NCBI GenBank assembly: GCA_000165425.1
Contig: CT868163.1
Span: 1-64,000, forward strand
Direction: 5' to 3'
DNA: 64,000 bases
DNA from: Paramecium tetraurelia
Lineage: Eukaryota
The notes beneath the pieces are model-generated. The model was not told the DNA's origin and made no database searches. It worked only from the letters and a program-made list of their open reading frames with translations. The position numbers were made by a program, and so were the translations under genes. This document shows positions 54,007 through 64,000 of this stretch, one piece after another. Position 1 is the stretch's first letter. The number at the start of each line of letters is the position of its first letter.

Positions 54007-55441
54007 TCAATGGTTAGACTTGGATGGATTAAACTAAATATTTGTCATGTTTTATATTTTTTGATGCAATGGAATTGATTCTATCTCGTTTGCATCTGTA
54101 ATGAATAAAGTATCTACAGATTTAGCTCTTAATTTTGATTATTATTTGTTAAATAAACGATCTTACATCGAAATATCAATTTCTGATTTCTCTTAGATTG
54201 TTGACAATGAAGGTGCTCCAAGCATATTTCCTTTCATTTATTCTTTGCTTCTTGCATTAATAAACCAATGATGCTTTAAGGCAGTTTGGGCATTAAACCT
54301 TTAAGTGGGATCTTTCTTTAACATACCCTACAATAATTCAATTGCTGAGGATGATAACTTCTTTGAATACTCAAAATTGATTTCACATTTTTCATTTAAA
54401 ATTGCAGTCTCTCTAAAATCTTTTCCTTCAAATGGGTATTTGCAATAGAAAATGCCATAGAAGATAACTCCTAAAGAAAAGATATCAATTTTGTCATCAA
54501 AGTTTCTATTTTGGAATAGCTCCGGAGCCATAAAACCAGGATTGAAAACTTTCCTCTTTTTACATTTTTCTTTAGAATCTGCACTCGCAAAATTAGCAAT
54601 TATAAGATTAGTTAATTGAGAGTTGAGTTGTATGATATTCTCTGGTCTTATGTCTTTGTGAATGATATTTTTTGAGTGTATATGTGCCAATGCATTTAAT
54701 AACTTAAAACACACCTCTGCCTATTGTTTTTCAGTTAAACTATTGATAATATATCTTTATTACTTCCAATATTCTGGCAGTTTTGTTTTTAATGAATGAC
54801 CTAGGAATTTATCAAATAAAATATAAACAGTATTGCTGTCTTCATAAACTTCTAATAATTTTTAGATTTAAGGGTGATTTAAACGACGCAAAATTTAAAT
54901 TTCCCTTATTACTTATTTTGTTTGCGTTATTTAAGGTTTTTCTAGGATTTTGACCTAATATTGCTATCCATTTATACATTTATAGCAATCATAAAAGTTA
55001 AGCGAATTCTTAATCTTACCCATTAATTTATGGCGTTTGTTAAAATTGGGCAATAGACAAAGTCTTTTCAAGTAGTCATGCCTAAACTCTATGGAGTTAG
55101 TACCATTAATTAAGTTATTCAACCGATTCGGTATATAATAACAACCTATATGGCCCTTTTAAGAACCCTAATCCATACTTGTGGGGACCATAAGTCTCAG
55201 TTGGTTTCAGTCGTCTTATTTACACTCCAGGAAGTTGCATGTAAAATTAGCCTTTACATAACACTTCAGGGTAGAGATCATAATGTTCCTCGACCCAAAC
55301 ATTTCCAGTGAATTCAAAGAATTTCCCCTTATAAAGCAATCTATCCGCATGAAGGGGTTGTTGTAATGGTTCCCAAAATGTTACTGATTGCTCAAGATCG
55401 AAAATACTTGTAAAGCTTTAATAATTAGGTTATTATTTCAT
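54007..55441 (-). CDS. PH-like + CAMK-like kinase domain with degenerate catalytic motifs
   Basis: N-terminal region ends in W(HDYLKR) like a PH helix; REIQILRRLNHP, HKDIRPEN, ANFA in place of DFG, NPGFMAPE, DIFSLG. Short introns. Confidence 0.85.
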
Positions 55442-55832
55442 AATTATTTATAAAGCTGCAAACCAAACCTCGTAAAATAGTTTGATTAATATAAATAATC
55501 GAAGAAACTCCTACTTAATTAATTATAATTTTTTCTCAATAATGTATTGTTGGAAGAGTTAAATTTAATGTCTTAATTTAGAATTGGTCTCAAATTTATA
55601 TAAAATATGGAAAGAAATTAGAACATATATTAAATAATCATTTTCAACACTTTTAATTATATTCATTGCATATAAATAATCCGTTGTTAAGCAATTATTC
55701 CAGTCAGATTTACTATTCTAATTGATTTGCAGAATTGTAATTTTAATCGTTTTCCAAAAATATTAACATTTATTATATACTTTATTAAAACTCATTAACA
55801 AATTAACTGATTATAATATTTTAATTTATTCA

Positions 55833-56933
55833 ATGTATTATGCTCCAGCCAGACCGATAGAGATAGAAAAGTTTCCAAAAGGCTATATAAAACCAACTGG
55901 ATAAAACCTAGAATTTCTCTAACGACCTCCAGTAGATAATCGTAGAATTTAAGATTATTATGGAAAAGTTTAGGATTTGCCTAATCAATAAGAGAGACCA
56001 TATAATAGAGTCTATACATAAGGATCTTCTGAATAATCTGAATAATTTCCAAAAGAAAAAAAATAAGAGAATAAATTAAAGGGAAACTAAAACCAAGACT
56101 TTGGATCTAATATTAACCCTTAAAGGATGATATCTCCAGAGCGATTTTAGAGTGCTCCTTTTAACACTATATTCACTGATGGTAATATTTATAAGCCTGT
56201 TGGATCTCCTTAAAATTTTGCAGAAAGCATAGTGCAACCTTTGGAGCGTAGACTATCTCCTTCTAATTTAAGAGGACCTAACAGAGGATATTTGCACAAC
56301 TTGAGAGATTTTCCTGAAGATTTTTAAGAACCTGGTTTTAGTTTTTTTCCTAAAACTGTTAGAGATATTCATTCAGGAGAACCGTTTCCAGGATATAGAA
56401 GAACTGGTCATCCTGGAATATTAAATGATTACAGAAGAGGAATTCCAGAGCCAATATTAAGTAAAAGAAATTATGGGAGAGATTTTAAAAAAGATTTATC
56501 ATACAGAGTTATTCCAGTAACTGATTTTAGAAAAGGACAAACTGTTGATTTTCATGGACATCCTCCAATTTTGAATGATAGGGATGCTTTAGCATTAAAC
56601 TTAAGAGGATACCCTTACTTGGATTCTGATAGATAGAGATTTGAACCTCCTTTTGAATATAGAGCCTATTTTGACTCTCAGGTTGTGCCTGCTCCGGATT
56701 ATTATGTACCAGAATATCGAGGGCTTCCTCCTTTTGGAATGTAAAGGGAGTTCAATGAGAGATAACCCTACGGTAGAGGTTTACCTTATTAGGATAGAGT
56801 GTATCCTTCTTCATATGGGAGAATGGACTAGTAGATGTTTAGGGAGGGGAGACCAAATTACAATTTGGGTCAAGTTTACTCTCCACATGAAGAAAGAGCT
56901 AATGGATTAAATCAGAGGATCAAATAGGTTTGA
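55833..56933 (+). CDS. Hypothetical Pro/Arg/Tyr/Gly-rich, probably disordered protein (366 aa)
   Basis: Intronless open frame MYYAPARPIE..RIKQV*, 1,101 nt. Confidence 0.8.
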
Positions 56934-57122
56934 ATATTAATAAATATTTATTTTTCACTTTTTAGTTAATTCTTAATGGGTAGATAATGAGTAATTATTG
57001 GAATAAAAATAAAATTAATGTTATAATTTTAAAGTTAGTCTAATTGATAGATTTAATTGTATATTTGAAATGAGAATGTGAGAAAGAGTCTTAGAAAGAG
57101 TGGGACATAGGGTATTGAGGCA

Positions 57123-57189
57123 GAAGGATTATTTATAATATAAAATTATATTGGAAAATGAGTATAAATGAGGAGCTCGATCCGTTTTT
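57123..57189 (+). promoter_or_regulatory. Candidate TMP promoter elements (GAAGGATTAT, TGAGTATAAATGA, CCGTTTTT)
   Basis: The same three words occur upstream of the TMP at 47431. Function is inferred. Confidence 0.4.
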
Positions 57190-57203
57190 AAATTAATATT
57201 AAA

Positions 57204-58388
57204 AATGTAAAAAATAGCTCTCTTAGCTTTGGTTCTTGCTGTGACTGCTGCAAAGTTCATAGATACCCATACCACATTAGCTTAAATCAACGCTGACCCA
57301 TTCGGACACGTTGTCTTGAGTGCCATCAAGGCTCACCTCTAAGCCTCTACACCTGCCAATGAAGTTAATATGTTATTGAATGGTGTTGGTGCTGGACTCG
57401 TTTAAGACTAAAATGACCACGACCACGCATTTGAACTTGACACCACAACCAACAACAGAGTAAGAATCTTAAAATATAGTAGATCGTTGAAGATTTGGAG
57501 AAGGAAATCTTGTATCACTAAAACTAAATCTCCTCAAATACTCAATTGAGAGATGACACTATCGAAGCACTTGCCGTCTCTGAAGAAGATATCAGAGTCA
57601 CAATCTCAGATATTGCTAACAACGAAGCTACCTATGCTAGAGAGGAAGCCACCAGAAATCAATAACACGAAACCTTCGTTGCCAAGGTTGCTGCCATTGA
57701 TGATGTTATTGACGCTATTTCGATGAAGCTTGCTAAACTCATCTAACACCTCAGTCTCGGAGCATCATTTGCCTAACTCAAGTCCAAATATGATGTCCTC
57801 CACAAGAAGCTCTCAGATAACACTTCCCACACTGCCTTGTTACAAGTATCCTTCTATATCTACTCTCTTAGCCAGTTATCACTGCTCTTACCGAATTAGC
57901 CACCCACGGAGTCAACCAAAAAGCTTTGACCAAGATTGCTTAATTATTGAGCGAAATCAGATAATAATTAGTCTCAGAGAAGGCTGCCAAGACAGTATTC
58001 ATTCAAATTTAATATTCAAGGACGTCGAGGATAGATAAGCTGCTCATTGGGCTGAATTCAGCGTTCACTTGAGTAACGAACACACCAGATTGGTTGAAAG
58101 AAAAGCTTAATTGGAAGTCTAAATCTAAGAATAAAAGGACACCATTGAAGATGCTTAATCATGGATCGAATTCCACACTCTTGAATTAGAAAACAGCGAA
58201 GAAAGACTTGCTGGATAATAAGCTTGGTATGCAGTCTAATCAGAAATCTATGAAACCTAAACTGCTGAAAGGTATACTAACTAATCTAATCCACTAGAAC
58301 TGCCTAATAAGAAATTGTTGACAGACTCTAAGAGCACATTAGTGAGAAGTTATCCACCACTGCTCAATTCATCGCCAGCAGAAATTGA
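57204..58388 (+). CDS. Trichocyst matrix protein precursor (T4-like)
   Basis: MQKIALLALVLAVTAA..LAQINADPFGHVVLSAIKAHL..PANEVNMLL; acidic coils. Introns ~57460-57482, 57846-57871, 57995-58020, 58272-58297. Confidence 0.9.
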
Positions 58389-58949
58389 TTTGATTATCAT
58401 AACATAAATAAATATTGGATAACCTACAATGTTAATTATTTTCTTGGTTTATATTCTATTAAATTTAGAATTATTCTTAACTTTAATCTAATTATGGCGC
58501 ATTTTACTAAATTTCAATAATAGAACATCTTTTATATTGCAATATAATATAAACTATTATTTTATTTACAAAAGGAAGTTGATTACTGATGAAAAAAGGT
58601 TAGCTAACATATGAATTTCTTTTAATCACCTTTTTTAACAATTATGATATTAAATCATAAGGATATTATAATAATCTTAGTGAATAATGTATAATTCTAT
58701 TTAATTTATACATATCAATATTTTATTAATTTATTTCTTTATTCGTTTAAGAACATGGAATAAATATATAAAATATTATTATATATTTTTTTGAAATGTA
58801 TATTACTTTTCATAAGAGCATATTTAAGAATTAATTTAATATCTAAAACTACATAAAATCGTTTTCTAACTCCTTCTTATGTACTTAATTTTTAAATATA
58901 GAAACTCCTTATTCAATTTGTTAAGCTCATAGAAAATTATCAAGAAATT

Positions 58950-59662
58950 TGCTTAATGTTTAAAGCAATTTGTGTTTAAACATGGCAGTTTTCTCTATGC
59001 TATCGAATTAATTATATAGATGTTAACGGTAAATTCAGAAATACTGAAAATGAATCAAATTCTACATGTTTCTTTTAATTTAACATAAAATTTATTGTAC
59101 TAATGTTAAAACATTTTTGATCGACATTAATTCTTAATCTATAATTTTATAATAGAACCAATAGCGTTGTTAAATTTTCTGATTCTGCAAAAATTCAACT
59201 TAAACTTCAGCTCAAAATTATGTGTAAGATTGAATATTTCAATTTTATTTGCTACTTAACACAATTGAGTATAATGAACAAAGAGATCTTGGAAAACATA
59301 ATTATTGTAAAGACTATAGGAAAGAATATCAGGATTCAAAAGATTTTTAGACTGCTGTTAAATTCCATTATTAACAGAACTCTAAACTCAATACTATTAA
59401 CATAAAAGATAATTAGGTAATACCATAATAATTTTAAATTTTGCAATATTTTAATTATATTATCCAAAAAGTCAAAAGGTGCAAATTGTATAATAAATTT
59501 ATTATAATCCTTTCAAATAAAGTTAAATGGGTTGTATTTTGAAATATTTAGTTAAATTCTTGTGAATTACAATCAGATAATTACAATAATTCTGTAAAAT
59601 TTCCAAGGGTTGAGACCACAGTGACAGAATATAAATAAAAACTGAATGATTCTGACGAATGA
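58950..59662 (+). pseudogene. Possible decayed gene
   Basis: Fragments such as YIDVNGKFRNTENESNSTCF, EQRDLGKHNYCKDYRKEY and VKFPRVETTVTEYKQK lie in different frames. Confidence 0.25.
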
Positions 59663-59755
59663 GTTTTAAAAAGAAATCATGAAGTTATTGACTCTCTAAG
59701 ATAACATTAAATGAAATTTTGATTGTATATAACAAATAACAAATAATTTCCAAAA

Positions 59756-60475
59756 TCAACAGCAACCTGAAGACTTTTCTGGTTTCACCACATCTGTATC
59801 TGCAACAACAAACTTAGTAGGTTATGGAGTTGGTTTCACAACCTTAGCCGATTTATATATTTCTTTGGTATTAGATTTAATTAATACATTATAAAATGTT
59901 TTTGAAGGCATCTTCTACATTTGTTCCGTCTTTTGCACTTGTTTCTATAAATGCCACTCCATTTCGTTATGCGTAAGCAATAGCACAATCAGTAGCAACC
60001 TATCGGATATGTTTTTAATCAGTTTTATTTCCAACAATCATAATTTATAAGGAAGGGTCTGCATTTTCTTTCAATTCCTTATTTTTTGCTAAAATAATTA
60101 CTTTCATCCATTTGTCAACATTTTCGAAAGTTAATGATTTAGTGATATCATAAATAATCATCGCACCAACTGCTCCTCGATAATAAGCTGATGTTATAGC
60201 CCTGTATCTCTCCTGGCCAGCTGTGTCCCAAATTTATGCTTTTATGGTTTTATCATCAAGTATGACATTCTTTGAAGCAAACTCAACCTAAATTAAACGA
60301 TAAACTTTATATTTTACTCCTATTGTGGTTTTGGAATCTTATAGGAATTCGCCTCTTGTAAATTAATTGAGAATGTTGGTTTTTCCAACGCCAGAATCCC
60401 CTTCGAATAAAATTGAAAAGTACCAATTAAAACTAGCTTGTAAAGTAAATCGTAGTCTTCGGTTCTATGTTGCAT
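59756..60475 (-). CDS. Rab11-family small GTPase
   Basis: [64 protein letters not shown]-terminal GCC. Four introns. Confidence 0.95.
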
Positions 60476-61201
60476 GTAATTAGATGGAATTAATAAAAAT
60501 AATATTTTAAAGAATAAATTATAATCTAAACTAAATCATTTAAATAATCAAGAAATAATAAAATGATATTATTATATCTAATTGTTCTCTTTGTATTAAA
60601 TCTTTAATTGTTTTTTTACAATTTTTACTTATCCTATTTGAAGTATAAAATTCATTTTAAAATTAATGTTAAAATTTTGAAAGGAATAAACTATATTTGT
60701 GGATAGAATAGAAAGTTATTAATTAAAATCTTAATTAGTTCCTAATAATTTATCCTGGTTTTAGAGAATAAAAGTAAATTAAAGTAGTATTTAATGTTAA
60801 ATAAAAATCTTACTCAATCCTGATGATTGAATTAATATGAATAATTTTATTAAAGTTACCCTAAATACTTATGTTTTGCAATTAATCTTTCGAAATAATT
60901 AGGAGAGTATGTTGAACTATTTTTTGAAAACTAAAATAACAAATATGAAACGCTAAGAACATAATATAATACTAAATTAAGAGTCTTACCTAAATCCACC
61001 TTAAATATTCATGTAGAATCATTAATATATGGATATTTCAACAATATTTTCTACATAGATAATTTTTCTAATAAGAATTTCTAAATGTAATTATTATCCA
61101 CAAATCAAAAATGAATTAACGATATATATTTTTGGTTTATTAAATTTTATAAGTTTATGATGATAGGACATTAACTAATAAAAATTTGTTAAATAAATAA
61201 A

Positions 61202-62227
61202 TCATTCTTAAATATAATCGGAATCATTGTTCGCATCTACTAATGTCTTTCTCTTTGATGTGTTAGGAGAGAACAACAATGATAGTATATAAATAGGAAT
61301 GAAATCAGTGATACAAGAATAAATTAATTAGAAAGCAGCCCTATTTAGAAATCTATTTATTATATACCATGAAATCCCTTAATCAGGTAATTTATTTATG
61401 AGTACATCATCTTCATCACATTCTAGTCCAGGTTTCAATTTCCAAAAGAATTCCTAAGAAAAAAAAAAATTAAACGATGGTCGAATCAGAGAGCATATTA
61501 TTACTGCTATTGATAAGAATTTTAAATTCTAAATATATTTCTTTAAATTTATACAGCACTGTAATGATCGCCAATGCTGAATTAATCTTTCAGTTTTGTA
61601 TATAGAATAATGCAAATAGCAGCAAAAGAGATAGTACTTAACATAGTTAAAGCACCCAAACAATATTCTCTAATGTTATTAATATATGATTCTAAGATCA
61701 ATGAAACTATAGTAAGAATCGGAATTAATACGATTAATAAGGAAAGAAAAACTTTTAAAACATTAGTTAATCCTAAAAGAGACTAGTTCTGTTCAATTCT
61801 CAACTTCATTCTCCAGAGTCTGAGCCACAAATTACTGCAAAAACAATATGTAAGGTTCAAAGTTTATGCCTAGCAAATTTAAATAATGATATATAATTAT
61901 GGTGAGAGTGTTAAAGATGATATTTAAGTCTTACAATCCCATTACCAAATTTAACTAAACAAAAAACCCGCTATTGAGTAATAACATAAAAAGATCTTAA
62001 CTTAGATAATTTTTGTTCTTACATATTATTGTGATTACTAATAAGCAATTTACAGTTAACATTTTAGAAGGATTATTTTTCGTATCCTCTATTTGCCACT
62101 TAAATAAATTTTGAATTTTCTGAAAAATTTTAATCAATATTAAGTTTCCTCCAACACTTAATAAGAACATAACTATTATATTCATAAGAATTTCTAATAC
62201 CAACAAATTCATACCAATTAGAGACAT
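61202..62227 (-). CDS. 7TM membrane protein, THH1/TOM1/GPR137-like
   Basis: Seven hydrophobic segments after splicing three inferred introns; TM3 TYCFCSNLW, TM6 CSLIR, TM7 YSCITDFIP. Start uncertain. Confidence 0.7.
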
Positions 62228-62327
62228 CAATATCTTTGAAATTCTCTTAATTTTAGATATCACTTTTCTGATAAAAATTCAATTCCATGTATAACAATAA
62301 TTTATAAATAGAAGTATTAATATATTA

Positions 62328-63347
62328 TCAAATTGATATTTTTCTACCCACACTCTAAGGACTCTCAAATTTATCATAATAATTAGCTCCAAAACTCTTA
62401 ACAAATTCATCCTCTTCAAAATTCTTTTGCTATGGCTTTTTTACAGTCGGTTATAATTCATACAAAGTCTTACATTTATAAATTTTATAATTACATTTTT
62501 ACTTAAAGAATTCCCTGCACTACCACTTCCACTATTACCACTATTATTATTAAGTGAATCTTCATCGCTGGCTTCACTACTATCATCTGTATCCATAAAA
62601 ACCTTGTCAAACGCCCATTTGAATAATTCTTAATCTTTATCATCTTGTATACAAAATCTGACTTAACTCAAGAATTTAATTTTTGTGACATTTTCTTCTA
62701 AAAAATTCTTAACAGCAATCATTTGCATAGTTGCAATTGTCGATATTGTGAACTTGGTTGATTTCATTACAGGAAAACATATTGACGTAATTTCCATTTC
62801 TTCTGCTACTTTAAGACAAGTCATCATGCAATCATAAATAAATTATTTCTAATATTTTTAATGAGCATTTTTTGGTAATTTCAAGTTTAGATTTTTAGGA
62901 TTGTGATTTCTAGCTAATTTCATTGGTTCATCATCTTCATTTGGCAATACGCAATAAAAAACAAAATCAAATTCCAGCTAATAATAAGAATTAGTTCTGA
63001 TACTTCTGCAGCATGAGAATGTACGACATCACCATGAGATACTGCTTATTTATCTCGAATTTATTAAATGTATTTTAACAACTGCTATTTTGTTTAAGGT
63101 GAAACGTTATTTACCAAGTAGTATGGTAGCTACATTAGAGGTCACTATTACCTTTAGGTTTAAGTCTGTTTAAGCCACAATCACATCAACTTCTTCATTT
63201 TTGATGTCTCCTGCATCTAAGTAAATTCCTATGTTTTGGAATCTGTGTTATGCTAACAACTTAGGCTATAGATTTTATTCATTATTTATCTTTTTAATTA
63301 TCAATGCTTAATACATTTCTTGCATGATATTCACACATGTTACCCAT
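62328..63347 (-). CDS. Degenerate macrodomain protein with N-terminal MGNxC acylation motif
   Basis: MGNMCE..; AGDIKNEEVDVIV, GDVVHS.A, FVFYCVLP, CLKVAEEMEITSICFP, VRFCI; acidic/Ser tail. Four inferred introns. Confidence 0.8.
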
Positions 63348-63505
63348 TAAATTTATATTAATTATCAAATTTAAGAGCAAAATCTAAAACAAATTAAAAT
63401 ATCACAAAGAATTAAGATTGCCTGATCTACTCCAGTCCCTAAAATCTATCCATTATATTTTGTTTATTCCATAGTATTTTAACCTAGCTATTGAATGTCT
63501 GTTTA

Positions 63506-63937
63506 TCAATCTGATCTTTATAAACATGAATTTTACTTTTTGGTCATCAGAATAACGTTGTAACAAGATACTGGTTTCTTAGTTGTTTTTTCATATCGAT
63601 ACTTGTATAATTCCAAAAAGGAAATTATATGGTTGTTTTAATCATTTCCGACAGGCAACTCTTCCAAATCACCCCAAATAGAAAACTCTTCAAGATCGGG
63701 GTCATTATCCAAAGCAAGAGACTGGCATTACTTCAACCTGTGTCTTGGTCTAAAGCTGTTGATGATGGGGGATAGTTGTCTGTCTGTTTTATTTTCAAGA
63801 AAGTTTCCTTAAACAATTAATGTTTATGAAGGTTAGGTTGAGTCTTGTTCTGATTTTAGTATTTTGGAACTATTTGCTTATAAGTAATCAAGCTTAAGTT
63901 AATCGAATCTGATGTCGCTTTTCATCCTCTGATGCAT
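63506..63937 (-). CDS. Hypothetical protein (143 aa)
   Basis: Open frame MHQRMKSDIRFDQLKLDY..LEEFSIWGDLEE..CLQRSD*; 432 nt. Confidence 0.7.
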
Positions 63938-64000
63938 AATTAATTTAATTATCACTTTATTAGAAAAAATATATTAATGCTATAATACATATCTCACCTA

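Overview
This is eukaryotic, very AT-rich, gene-dense DNA from a ciliate, almost certainly the Paramecium macronuclear genome. TAA/TAG read as Gln (translation table 6), TGA is the only stop, and genes carry tiny 21-32 nt GT..AG introns. The supplied standard-code ORF track is therefore mostly fragments or antisense artefacts. Re-reading by hand in table 6 gives about 33 genes. They include four trichocyst matrix protein (TMP) precursors, a ~9 kb IP3R/RyR-type Ca2+-release channel, CWC22, NAF1, a P4-ATPase, a PAP2 phosphatase, GST-theta, Rac/Rho, Rab11, UNC119, acyl-CoA oxidase, two MORN proteins, a TPR protein, kinases, two 7TM proteins, an importin-alpha-like protein, a macrodomain protein and several orphans. 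The most interesting observations are: (1) a candidate shared promoter motif upstream of all four TMP genes; (2) unusual architectures (TMD0-like + tandem PX; PX + pseudokinase + LRR; an acylation motif on a degenerate macrodomain); (3) several enzymes with substituted catalytic residues; (4) a GGVGG channel pore; and (5) a compensated frameshift in one TMP. Exon boundaries were derived manually and may be off by a few nt. No database searches were run, so family calls rest on recognised motifs.
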